A stretch of DNA of 64,000 nucleotides from Clostridia bacterium (GTDB lineage: Bacteria; Bacillota; Clostridia; Oscillospirales; CAG-272). Shown here piece by piece: positions 29,959 through 38,802 of this stretch (position 1 is its first letter; the number at the start of each line of letters is the position of its first letter). The notes under the pieces are model-generated. The model made no database searches. It saw only the letters and a list, made by a program, of their open reading frames with translations, and was not told where the DNA came from. The stretch spans positions 38,860-102,859 of the forward strand of contig JAFXJX010000053.1 in NCBI GenBank assembly GCA_017532025.1. Reading direction: 5' to 3'. Made by a program: the position numbers and the translations under genes.

Positions 29959-31620
29959 TTACATATCCTTCTTTCTGTAAGCAATATAGATCAGCGGTGT
30001 TTTACCAACCACAACAGGATAAGGCAAAAGATTCTGGTTCACGATGGCAAGAAGCTGTGCTTTTACATACGCCCCCATCGCTCCCGCGTGAACAAAATGT
30101 TCTGCTTCATCCACATGCTTGGGAACGCGATTCTTGGTCTTCGCCCAAAGCTTACGCAGATCATCAGAAAGCAATTCAAAAAGCTCCTTCTTGATTGCTT
30201 CACAAACAGGGTTCCAATGCTTTGTTACCTCAGTGAACGGCAATGCAGGAATATCCAATTTGATCTCCCCATCCTCACCGCGCTTCAAGATACAAAGCTT
30301 TTCAAATTCGGGAATCAGCTCATAAAGAAGCTGGTTGTCTGTCTTTACGTCACAAGGCAGAAAGGATGCGTAAAAGCGCAGTATGCTTTGCAAAGAGCAT
30401 CTGTATTTGAACAGATTATATGCCCAATGCGCATCACCGAAAAGCGATTGACAATCAAACATCTGACAATCATACTTGCCGTCATTGTTTGAACTGTAAC
30501 CAACGTATACGGGACCGGAGCCATCATAAGAGTTATCCTGTTTTTGATTATGTTCGTACACGGTAACGGTCGCAAGCCATCTTCCAGCATCGGGACGCTC
30601 GGGTGGTTGTTTAGGAGTATGCTCCGAATCGGGACGGCTCTTGCGCAAGACTTCATTCAGCATCTGATTCATACTAAACAAAAGCATCGTTGCCTTTTGT
30701 TTATCTGACATCTCGGCAAAATCGTCACGCACCGTCAAAGGCTCAATGTGTTTCCAAACGATCTCCCATACGCGAGAAGCATATTTGTCGGCAAGCTTTT
30801 CTTGCACAGGGATATCACCAAAGGCGTCCTCGTATCGCTGCACAAAGCAACGGGTATAGACAAGCCCTCCCGCGGTTCTGCCCATCAGTTCTCCTCGAAT
30901 CAAAACCTCAATGATGGGCTCAATATATGCGCTGGGCATACCCATCGTATCGGCAATACCGCGCACCGACACGGGATTTTCATATGCCAAATTCAAAATA
31001 TTGGCTTCGATATCCGAGCGCATGAGCGAGAATGGCTCACCATTGAGTCCGCCGTTACCCCATATAGCAATGGAGGCGGTTTTAGGTTCATAACTGATTT
31101 GCGAATACTTTTCCATATTTTCAAGTCCATCTTTGATCGGATCTCTTGCCACGGAAAGACGGGAGAGTACTGTTCCGCGCGGAATACCAAGCTCTTTTGA
31201 AATCTGTTCAATCGTTTGTCCGTGAACGTAGTGACGCACCGTGACCTCGCGGTAAATACGAATCAATCGACCGATCTCGCGGCGTACCGATTCGTATTCC
31301 TCTGTCTTGCGCTCGGCTTCTTCCTTTTCCTCGAATTCATTGTAGGTCTCGCTGATAGCACCATCACAATATTCCACACGCTCCGCCTTGTATTTCTCAC
31401 GAAGCCAAGCGTTGTATTTATTTTTGAGCACAGCAGATAAAAATCCCTTTGGATGTTCTACGTTTTCACCCTTACTGATTTTCACAAGCAATACCGTAAG
31501 CGTGTCCTGTACCAAGGTATCAATATCTGCACAGTCGTTATACTGCTTCTCGGCAAGGCGATAGAGATATTCCAGATATTCCTCGCACCGCTTCTCTAAA
31601 TCCTTGTCAAATCCGATCAT
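29959..31620 (-). CDS. sigma-70 family (ECF-like) protein with ~370-aa C-terminal extension; paralogue of 27624-29168
   Basis: region 2 (LVQDTLTVLL..FLSAVLKNKYNAWLR) and region 4 (TIEQISKELGIPRGTVLSRLSVAR); AAAGGAGG SD 7 nt upstream. Confidence 0.8.
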   Translation of the reverse strand: MIGFDKDLEKRCEEYLEYLYRLAEKQYNDCADIDTLVQDTLTVLLVKISKGENVEHPKGFLSAVLKNKYNAWLREKYKAERVEYCDGAISETYNEFEEKEEAERKTEEYESVRREIGRLIRIYREVTVRHYVHGQTIEQISKELGIPRGTVLSRLSVARDPIKDGLENMEKYSQISYEPKTASIAIWGNGGLNGEPFSLMRSDIEANILNLAYENPVSVRGIADTMGMPSAYIEPIIEVLIRGELMGRTAGGLVYTRCFVQRYEDAFGDIPVQEKLADKYASRVWEIVWKHIEPLTVRDDFAEMSDKQKATMLLFSMNQMLNEVLRKSRPDSEHTPKQPPERPDAGRWLATVTVYEHNQKQDNSYDGSGPVYVGYSSNNDGKYDCQMFDCQSLFGDAHWAYNLFKYRCSLQSILRFYASFLPCDVKTDNQLLYELIPEFEKLCILKRGEDGEIKLDIPALPFTEVTKHWNPVCEAIKKELFELLSDDLRKLWAKTKNRVPKHVDEAEHFVHAGAMGAYVKAQLLAIVNQNLLPYPVVVGKTPLIYIAYRKKDM

Positions 31621-31703
31621 AGAGGATCCTCCTTTCTGCCGTCATCGGCTGTTTTCACCCAATTAGTTGCAGAAAAATATGTTTGATTCGCTGTTTTAAC
31701 AAA

Positions 31704-31732
31704 ATTATAGCATAAATTTGTGAATCTGTCTA
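31704..31732 (-). promoter_or_regulatory. sigma-A-type promoter of the 29959-31620 gene
   Basis: TAGACA - 17 nt - TGCTATAAT; paralogous to 29245-29273. Confidence 0.55.
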
Positions 31733-31736
31733 TAAC

Positions 31737-31773
31737 AAAAACCGCCGAGAGCGACCTAATGGTTGCTCTCGGC
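31737..31773 (-). terminator. rho-independent terminator after the 105-aa gene
   Basis: stem GCCGAGAGCGACC/GGTTGCTCTCGGC followed by TTTTT on the minus strand. Confidence 0.7.
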
Positions 31774-31780
31774 AATTTCA

Positions 31781-32098
31781 TTATTCAGCAAAGCTAATCA
31801 CATCGTCACCGTCTTCGGTGTCAAAAACAATGTCTTCATCGTCGTCCTCTTCGTCGTCAACTTCAAAGAAGTCTTCGCGAAGAACATCGAGCATTTCGTT
31901 CTTTTCTTCTTCCTCTTTCGCACCAGCGCGAACCAAACGAACACCAAGCACACCGGAAATGGCAGCAACAGCCAAGAACGCAGTTGCAAGACCCTTTCTC
32001 TTCTTCATCTGGGTAAAGAACAGAATCACGAAGCTAACGCACTGAATCAAGAGGCAGATACCAATGTAGAATTTTGATTTGTGAAAGATTTTTTTCAT
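31781..32098 (-). CDS. small 2-TM protein with highly acidic C-terminal tail
   Basis: 105 aa; two hydrophobic helices, then a tail rich in E and D (EEEEKNE...DDEEDDDEDIVFDTEDGDD). Confidence 0.55.
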   Translation of the reverse strand: MKKIFHKSKFYIGICLLIQCVSFVILFFTQMKKRKGLATAFLAVAAISGVLGVRLVRAGAKEEEEKNEMLDVLREDFFEVDDEEDDDEDIVFDTEDGDDVISFAE

Positions 32099-32141
32099 GG
32101 TTACAAGCTCCTTTTCGGATAATAAATTATGAAATAAAAAC

Positions 32142-33251
32142 TTACAGTTTTGCGTTCTTTTTCAAGAAGGCGTTGATAAAACCGTCAATATCTCCGTCCA
32201 TCACCGCTTGAATGTTACCGTCTTCATAGCCGGTACGGGTATCTTTGGCAAGTGTATAAGGCATAAAAACATAGGAACGAATCTGCGCGCCCCACTCAAT
32301 ATTAGTCTTGTTGCCTTGAATGTCTTCAATTTTTTCAAGTTTTTCACGCTCTTTGATCTCAGCAAGCTTGCTCTTCAGCATTTTCATTGCCGTTTCTTTG
32401 TTCTGAAGCTGTGAACGCTCGGTCTGACAGCCCACCACAATACCTGTGGGAATATGCACAATTCGAATCGCACTGTCAGTCTTATTAACGTGCTGACCAC
32501 CCGCGCCACTCGAACGGTGTGCCGTTACTTCAATATCCTCCTCACGAATCTCAATCGAGCCGTCATCGGTAAATTCTGGAACAACTTCTACCGATGCAAA
32601 CGACGTATGTCTTCTTCCCGAAGAGTCATACGGAGACACACGCACCAAACGGTGAACACCGTTTTCACTCTTTAAGTATCCGTATGCGTTAAGACCCTCA
32701 ATCATGATCGTAGCGCTCTTAATGCCCGCTTCTTCGCCGTCAAGCCAGTCAAGGAGCTTCACGGTAAAGCCGTGTGTTTCTCCCCAACGGGTATACATAC
32801 GGTAAAGCATCTGCGCCCAATCCTGTGCCTCTGTTCCGCCCGCACCGGGATGGAACGAAAGGATAGCGTTATTAGCATCATATTCACCGGTAAGGAGAGC
32901 TGACAGTCTTTGCTTTTCTGCTTCCGCCTCAACTGCGGCAAGCTCGCTCACTACCTCATCGGTGCAAGTTTCGTCATTCTCTTCAATTGCCATTTCCGCA
33001 AGCGCGTAAGCATCTTCGGTACGGCTGACAAGTTCATTATATGCAGTCACCTTGTCTTTATACTGCTTGATCTCTTGCAAAGTCTTGGTCGAGACCTGAG
33101 GATCATTCCAAAAGCCGGGCTGAACCGTCACCTCTTCAAGTTCGGCAATTCTTTCTTCGGTCTCCTTTATCTTAAGAGCCTGTGCCAATTCTTCAAGCTC
33201 CTTCATAATCTGTCTTAATCTGATTTTAGCTTCTTCCAACTGGATAATCAA
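32142..33251 (-). CDS. prfB: peptide chain release factor 2, encoded in a single frame
   Basis: GGQ motif SGAGGQHVNKT; RF2-type domain 2 (VHRLVRVSPYDSSGRRHTSF); TTG start with GGAGGA SD 8 nt upstream. Confidence 0.9.
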   Translation of the reverse strand: MIIQLEEAKIRLRQIMKELEELAQALKIKETEERIAELEEVTVQPGFWNDPQVSTKTLQEIKQYKDKVTAYNELVSRTEDAYALAEMAIEENDETCTDEVVSELAAVEAEAEKQRLSALLTGEYDANNAILSFHPGAGGTEAQDWAQMLYRMYTRWGETHGFTVKLLDWLDGEEAGIKSATIMIEGLNAYGYLKSENGVHRLVRVSPYDSSGRRHTSFASVEVVPEFTDDGSIEIREEDIEVTAHRSSGAGGQHVNKTDSAIRIVHIPTGIVVGCQTERSQLQNKETAMKMLKSKLAEIKEREKLEKIEDIQGNKTNIEWGAQIRSYVFMPYTLAKDTRTGYEDGNIQAVMDGDIDGFINAFLKKNAKL

Positions 33252-33266
33252 GCGTTTGTTCCTCCG

Positions 33267-34046
33267 TTATATCTGTTTTATCAAATTGCTGTTATAGGAT
33301 TCCACCTTGATCGCAGGATCAAAGGCGGTAATCTGTTCTTCAAGTACCGTAAGAACAGGATTTTCGGTGAAAAAGTGACCTGCGGAAATCACACAAAGCC
33401 CGCTGTCCGCAGCATCAATGGCCGCATTATACGAAACCTCGCCGGTAATGAGAGCATCTGCAAAGGAATCGAGCGCCGAATCGATAAAATCCTTTCCCGC
33501 GCCGCCAACCACAACCACTTTGGAAATTGTCTTTTCTCCGCAAGTGTAGCTAACGCCGTCTGCACCAAGCTTTTCTTTCACGAGCAATGCAAGCTCTTTT
33601 CCTGAAATCGGCGAAAGAGTACCCACACGGGCAAGTGATTCGTGTCCAACCACAAAAGGCTCAACATTCTGAACACCCAGCACTTCGCAAAGCGTATCGT
33701 TTACGCCCCCCTCCACCGCATCAAGACGCGTATGAAAAGAAAAAGCAGAAATACCGCTACGCATCAGTTTAGTAATCACTCTCGATTTCACGTCGCAACC
33801 GTTGATCGAACGCATGGGCGTAAAAATCAAAGGGTGATGCGAAACAATCACGTCAAAACCTTCGGCAATGGCGTAATCCACCGCACCCATTGTCACATCA
33901 AGCGCCACCAAAACGCGCTTGACTTCCCGCTCGGGATCAGACATACACATAGCGCCGTCATTGTCCCAAGGACAAGAAAACGAAATCGGAAAAGCCTTAT
34001 CGAGAAAAGAATAGAGTTCTTTTGCTGTTGCCATAGATTGACTCAC
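33267..34046 (-). CDS. Nif3-like dinuclear metal centre protein (YqfO family)
   Basis: 259 aa with HHPLIF motif and a C-terminal GHF region; follows trmK as in Bacillus. Confidence 0.82.
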   Translation of the reverse strand: MSQSMATAKELYSFLDKAFPISFSCPWDNDGAMCMSDPEREVKRVLVALDVTMGAVDYAIAEGFDVIVSHHPLIFTPMRSINGCDVKSRVITKLMRSGISAFSFHTRLDAVEGGVNDTLCEVLGVQNVEPFVVGHESLARVGTLSPISGKELALLVKEKLGADGVSYTCGEKTISKVVVVGGAGKDFIDSALDSFADALITGEVSYNAAIDAADSGLCVISAGHFFTENPVLTVLEEQITAFDPAIKVESYNSNLIKQI

Positions 34047-34052
34047 TTTCTG

Positions 34053-34796
34053 TTATTGGTTTTTCATATCGGATATTCTTTGAAGAATTTCGTTATGTAA
34101 CGCATCAAGCTCGGACGCATCTTTTCCGCTTGCTCGAAGACCGTTTGCTTTTTTGGCAATGCCTGCTGCCGTTTTACAGCAAAAAGCAAGATAAGCATTC
34201 ATATCTTCATCAAACGTCGGTTGTCCAATCAAAGCATCCGTCAGCGAAACGTCACGCGAAACGCCGTCATATACCGCACCGAAAATACGGTAAGGCTTTT
34301 TATCATCCAAAGCATACCGCTCGGCATATACACGAAAACCGTTCATTTGAAGGTATATTGCAAGCTCCGCCACACCGGTCTGCGGCTGAAGAATCACTCT
34401 TCGACCAAGTGTTTTCACAAACGGCGCTTCGTTCAGAATGGTCATGATGGTTTCGCCGCCCATTCCGCAGATCACAATATCGGTGGGATCATAGCCCTCC
34501 ACTCCGTTAAGTCCATCTGTCAAGAGCGTTTCAATCTTATCCTCGCATTCATAAAAGCGGATATTGGCTTTGGCGGCTTCGAGCGGTCCTTTTCTCACAT
34601 CAGAAGCAATGGCTCCGTCTGCCACACCTGATAAAACAAGCGCCAGCGATAGATACGCATGATCGCAACCCACATCCGAAACATAGATTCTCTTTCCACA
34701 GCGCCGCGGAATCATCGCGGACGCTGTGTGATCAAAGCAGTCAAAGCCCACAAGAGAGGCGGCTTTTTCAAGCCGTTCTTTCAGGGTGATACTCAC
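34053..34796 (-). CDS. trmK: tRNA (adenine22-N1)-methyltransferase
   Basis: DVGCDHAYLSLAL SAM-binding motif typical of TrmK/YqfN; 247 aa. Confidence 0.78.
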   Translation of the reverse strand: MSITLKERLEKAASLVGFDCFDHTASAMIPRRCGKRIYVSDVGCDHAYLSLALVLSGVADGAIASDVRKGPLEAAKANIRFYECEDKIETLLTDGLNGVEGYDPTDIVICGMGGETIMTILNEAPFVKTLGRRVILQPQTGVAELAIYLQMNGFRVYAERYALDDKKPYRIFGAVYDGVSRDVSLTDALIGQPTFDEDMNAYLAFCCKTAAGIAKKANGLRASGKDASELDALHNEILQRISDMKNQ

Positions 34797-35050
34797 TTCG
34801 TAGAAAGAAAATCGTTGATCTTGGCAATCAGCTCGTCCGCATCAGTTCCGTGAACAGCACAAGCCTGTTCAATCGATTCGCCTCTTGCAGAGGGGCAACC
34901 AAGACAATGCATGCCGATGGCAAAAAAGAACTTTGCACAGCCGGGCTCTTTGTCAAGAAGATCACCAATGATGGTTTCTTTGGTAACAACCATGGTAATA
35001 TCCAACCTTTCTGGGAAAATCTCTTCCCAAATGGAATTCTTCGTGGTCAT
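34793..35050 (-). CDS. DUF1858 / hybrid-cluster-associated redox disulfide domain protein
   Basis: TIIGDLL...GMHCLGCP...ESIEQAC..HG motif pattern; true start may be ATG 34993. Confidence 0.65.
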   Translation of the reverse strand: MTTKNSIWEEIFPERLDITMVVTKETIIGDLLDKEPGCAKFFFAIGMHCLGCPSARGESIEQACAVHGTDADELIAKINDFLSTK

Positions 35051-35200
35051 ACTTCCACGATTTTATTATATATGATTTCCCTTCTTCTGTCAATTCATTT
35101 ATGAAAAAATTTCACTGTTTTTCATCTATCTTCTTGTCAAAAAGAAAGAAAAATGGTATAATACTCTCAAACACCAAAAGAAAGAGACGGTACTTTAGTT

Positions 35201-35536
35201 ATGTGTATTTTCTGTAAGATCATTGCAGGTGAAATTCCCTCAAAAAAAGCGTATGAAGATAACGACATTTTAGCGTTTTACGACATCAATCCCCAAGCAC
35301 CTGTCCATATTCTTGTCATTCCCAAAGCGCATATTCCCTCTGTGGATGCCATTGATTCCACCAACAGCGCTATTGTGGCAAAAATTTTCGAAACAATTCC
35401 CGAAATTGCCAAAGCCGCAGGCATCACCAACGGTTACCGTGTGATCTCCAACTGCGGCGATGATGCTTGTCAAACCGTCAAGCACCTCCACTTCCATATT
35501 CTCGGTGGAAAACAATTGTCCGAAACAATGGCATAA
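35201..35536 (+). CDS. HIT-family nucleotide hydrolase (Hint-like)
   Basis: 111 aa; histidine triad HLHFHILGG; TTGTCA-17-TGGTATAAT promoter about 40 nt upstream. Confidence 0.88.
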   Translation: MCIFCKIIAGEIPSKKAYEDNDILAFYDINPQAPVHILVIPKAHIPSVDAIDSTNSAIVAKIFETIPEIAKAAGITNGYRVISNCGDDACQTVKHLHFHILGGKQLSETMA

Positions 35537-35545
35537 AATTACATC

Positions 35546-35575
35546 AAAAAAGCTCCGAAAAATCGGAGCTTTTTT
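35546..35575. terminator. bidirectional terminator between convergent HIT and PPIase genes
   Basis: AAAAAAGCTCCGA / TCGGAGCTTTTTT stem-loop with A and T flanks. Confidence 0.75.
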
Positions 35576-35577
35576 GA

Positions 35578-36255
35578 TTATTTCACAATATATGCTTTTT
35601 CAATAACAACCTTTTCAGCAGGAACGTAATGATTTCCCTGTGCATCGATTGTATCTGTTTTCTCACACGTGGCAATCGCATCCACTACGTCCATACCGTC
35701 AATCACCTTGCCGAACGCCGCATATTTACCATCCAGATAATCATTCGCCTTATGCATAATAAAGAACTGTGACGAAGCACTGTCGGGATCATCTCCGCGC
35801 GCCATACCGATGACACCGCGCTCAAACTTCAGATCATTGTCCACACCGTTGATAGAAAACTCGCCTTTGATCGTTTTAAGCGATGCATTGTCTGCAGGAG
35901 CGCCACCCTGAATCATAAACCCTTCGATAACACGGTGGAAGTTCAATCCGGTGTAAAAGCCGTCTTCCACATAATTCACAAAGTTCTCAACCGTGATCGG
36001 CGCTTCGTTCGGATACAATTCAAGTGTGACCTTGCCGTAATCCTTGATTTCCATTGCCACCTTAATAGCATCACTGGTATCGACCTCGTCATCATCACTG
36101 GTGAATGCCCAAATCAGTACACCGACAAGTACCGCAACCAAAACCGTCACCGCGAGAATCGTGAGGATCAAACGGTTGCGTTTTTTCTTTTGCGCTTTCT
36201 GTTGTTCGATTTTTTGTTGCTGATAATATTTATTGATATTCTTGCTGCGACCCAT
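35578..36255 (-). CDS. membrane-anchored cyclophilin-type peptidyl-prolyl isomerase
   Basis: FHRVIEGFMIQGG and AMARG-type motifs; N-terminal TM; start ATG 36255 with GGAGAG SD. Confidence 0.85.
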   Translation of the reverse strand: MGRSKNINKYYQQQKIEQQKAQKKKRNRLILTILAVTVLVAVLVGVLIWAFTSDDDEVDTSDAIKVAMEIKDYGKVTLELYPNEAPITVENFVNYVEDGFYTGLNFHRVIEGFMIQGGAPADNASLKTIKGEFSINGVDNDLKFERGVIGMARGDDPDSASSQFFIMHKANDYLDGKYAAFGKVIDGMDVVDAIATCEKTDTIDAQGNHYVPAEKVVIEKAYIVK

Positions 36256-36272
36256 AAAACTCTCCGTATCAA

Positions 36273-37007
36273 TTACGCTTGTACATCGTAAACATAAGTC
36301 TGAATTGAAATGTTCAAATTGCCGTTCAGACAACGAATTTCATCAATCATTTCCTTGGTATTGATGCCATTCTTAAAATTCACTGCATAGTGAAGCTCGA
36401 ACATAGTACCAAAGTTAGAGGATTTGATCTTAACAAGATCAGCATGAACGGTGTACTTATCAAGAATGTCATCAAAAATGCCTTCATAATCAAGGCTTTC
36501 TGGAAGAGTAACCTTAAGAAGCTTCTTGGGATTCTTCGAATCACCAAAACGAATATAAGAAAGAACAACCATAACAACGATCATGAACGCAACGAGGACT
36601 GCGGAAACACCGATAAACCCTCTACCGCAAGCAAGACCCAGTGTCAACGCGGCGAAAATATACGAGAGATCCTTAGGACTTCCCTGTGTGCTGCGGAAAC
36701 GAATGATGGTCAAAGCACCACCGATCGAGATGGCGCTGAGAGCGGTTGCACTGTTCGCATTTGACAAATTTGACGAAACCACGCAAAGAATAGCAAGAAT
36801 TGCAGGAAGCATGATCAAAGTATAAGCCATTCCTTTGGAATACCCGTCACGACGGTTGGTCAGGATGTAAAGAACACTCAATGCGGCACCAAACAAAAGC
36901 GATGCCAAAAGAATTGTCATAACGAGGGCAAAGGTTACGCTGAGCATGTCCGAGGTAATAATCGAATCCATCGGTTTGTCAAAGATTTTTTTAATTAAAT
37001 CAAACAT
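36273..37007 (-). CDS. DUF4956-family membrane protein
   Basis: multi-TM N-terminal half plus soluble C-terminal half; 8-nt overlap with the VTC-domain gene; family recalled from typical VTC pairing. Confidence 0.6.
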   Translation of the reverse strand: MFDLIKKIFDKPMDSIITSDMLSVTFALVMTILLASLLFGAALSVLYILTNRRDGYSKGMAYTLIMLPAILAILCVVSSNLSNANSATALSAISIGGALTIIRFRSTQGSPKDLSYIFAALTLGLACGRGFIGVSAVLVAFMIVVMVVLSYIRFGDSKNPKKLLKVTLPESLDYEGIFDDILDKYTVHADLVKIKSSNFGTMFELHYAVNFKNGINTKEMIDEIRCLNGNLNISIQTYVYDVQA

Positions 37008-37761
37008 ATTCTTCCTCCAATTCCGGGGTATGTACACCGGTAACTAAATATTCATATTCTTTTCCGTATTTGGAAAAGCTTGAGTTAAAGATTTTGTGCT
37101 CGCTTAAGAAACGGGCAAGCCAAAGCGGCATGGCATTCGGAATCTTAATTTCCATCAAAATCCTCTCGGGTGGCATAATATCATACCCCGAAGTATCACC
37201 GTCGAAAGTCAAATTGGTGCGACGCGTATAGATTTCTTTGTCGAACGTGATACGAAGTTCGGGATCGTCAATGCCAAACATAGCAACGCGATCGTACGAA
37301 ATATACACCGCAGGCTGCAAATCGTAATTCACAAGCATACGGAGAATTTCCTTTTCGACCTGCCTGTCGAAATAGGACGCAGTTTCATAAGACGGCGGAA
37401 GCTGTTTTGTTCTAACCATTTCCATCACTTCGGAATACTTCATCGTGGCACGACGCTTGGTAACAACACCCTTATACTTCTTTTTGATTTCGAAGAAAAC
37501 TTTATCGTCTGCCTCGCGCAAAGGAAAATAAGACCGCATTCTGAGTTTTTCTTTGTATGGCGGCTTGGATACCGATGTGCGTATGAGTTCGTTGGTGGGT
37601 GAGTCGAAATAAATGTTATAAAGCTTATAGGATTTGTTGTTCAAACAATACTTTTCGTACCGCATATAATCAGCAAGAAACACTCTAAGAGCATCGTATT
37701 GTTCAAGCGTCAACATGTATTTTTTCTCATAACGCTTAAAAACAGTTATTGCCAAAAGCAT
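37000..37761 (-). CDS. VTC (polyphosphate polymerase / triphosphate tunnel) domain protein
   Basis: N-terminal FKRYEKKY and the alternating basic/acidic strands typical of bacterial VTC/CYTH-like proteins. Confidence 0.65.
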   Translation of the reverse strand: MLLAITVFKRYEKKYMLTLEQYDALRVFLADYMRYEKYCLNNKSYKLYNIYFDSPTNELIRTSVSKPPYKEKLRMRSYFPLREADDKVFFEIKKKYKGVVTKRRATMKYSEVMEMVRTKQLPPSYETASYFDRQVEKEILRMLVNYDLQPAVYISYDRVAMFGIDDPELRITFDKEIYTRRTNLTFDGDTSGYDIMPPERILMEIKIPNAMPLWLARFLSEHKIFNSSFSKYGKEYEYLVTGVHTPELEEEYV

Positions 37762-37896
37762 CCTCTCCTTTCTAACCTAATAACCTACTTCGCTATTTTA
37801 CAAAACAAATATTAACTCCATATGAACATTTGAACAATTTGATACAAAAATCATACAATATACTCGGTTTATCTGTCAATTATATATGAATATATA

Positions 37897-37933
37897 AAAG
37901 CGCCACCCACGAATCTACGTGGGGAGCGCTTTT
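37897..37933. terminator. bidirectional terminator downstream of mscS
   Basis: AAAAGCGCCACCCACG / CGTGGGGAGCGCTTTT stem-loop. Confidence 0.7.
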
Positions 37934-37938
37934 ATCAA

Positions 37939-38769
37939 TTATTCTTCATCCTGAGCGTCCATATGAATGTCGATCTGACGATAAGGAATCTTGATGCCTT
38001 CATGCTTGAATACTTTATCAATATCTTCATTGATATCGAATTTAACAGTCCAGTAGTCCTCTTTCTTAACCCACACACGCAGTGCCAAATCAACTCCGTT
38101 TTCGCCAAACTGCAAAAGACGGCAGAACGGAGCGGGATCGGTAAGAACAAGCTCGTGGCTGGATGCAACGGCAATCAAAAGCTTTTTCACTCTTTCCACG
38201 TCAGTATCACGCGCGGTGCTGACAGCGAAATCAACACGGCGGACTTCTTCTATAGAAAGATTTTCAAGCGGAGAGTTGGAAACGAAACCGTTCGGAAGGC
38301 TAATGGTAACATTGTCTGGCTTTTTCAGAATGGTGTAGAAAAGGTTCATGTCGGTAACAGTTCCCTCTTCTCCGCCAACAAGGATGTAATCGCCAACCTT
38401 AAAAGGTTTGAAGATGATCAAGAGAATACCACCCGCAATATTTGAAAGACTTCCCTGCAACGCAAGACCAATAGCAACGCCGGCCGATGCGATAATGGCA
38501 ACAAAGGATGTCATTTCAACACCCATGACTGCAATTGCGGTGATCACCACAAGAGTCTTACCGCCAAAGTTAATAAACGATGCAGCAAATTTGGCAAGCA
38601 TGGGATCCATTTTGGAAGACTTTCGCACCTTTTTGGCAAAAAAGCCAACCACAATAAAACCAATGATAAGAATCAATAGCGCACCAAGCAGTCTCATTCC
38701 GACAGATGTGGCAAACTCAACAACTTTGGTCATAAAGGTATCTGCCCAAGCAGCAAGAAACAAATTCAT
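37939..38769 (-). CDS. mscS: small-conductance mechanosensitive channel (MscS family)
   Basis: 3 TM helices plus beta domain GDYILVGGEEGTVTDMNLFYT...LPNGFVSNSPLEN. Confidence 0.85.
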   Translation of the reverse strand: MNLFLAAWADTFMTKVVEFATSVGMRLLGALLILIIGFIVVGFFAKKVRKSSKMDPMLAKFAASFINFGGKTLVVITAIAVMGVEMTSFVAIIASAGVAIGLALQGSLSNIAGGILLIIFKPFKVGDYILVGGEEGTVTDMNLFYTILKKPDNVTISLPNGFVSNSPLENLSIEEVRRVDFAVSTARDTDVERVKKLLIAVASSHELVLTDPAPFCRLLQFGENGVDLALRVWVKKEDYWTVKFDINEDIDKVFKHEGIKIPYRQIDIHMDAQDEE

Positions 38770-38802
38770 TTTAATTATCCTTTCTTTTCATGAAAATATA
38801 TT

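Noticed and set aside
27578-32100. Sigma-gene cluster as a mobile genomic island
   Set aside because: There is no integrase, transposase or flanking direct repeat other than terminator hairpins, and base composition looks similar to the neighbouring DNA by eye. It is treated as a chromosomal paralogue expansion.
33160-33251. Programmed +1 frameshift site in prfB
   Set aside because: The ORF is continuous. The equivalent position reads CTT AAG, not CTT TGA C.
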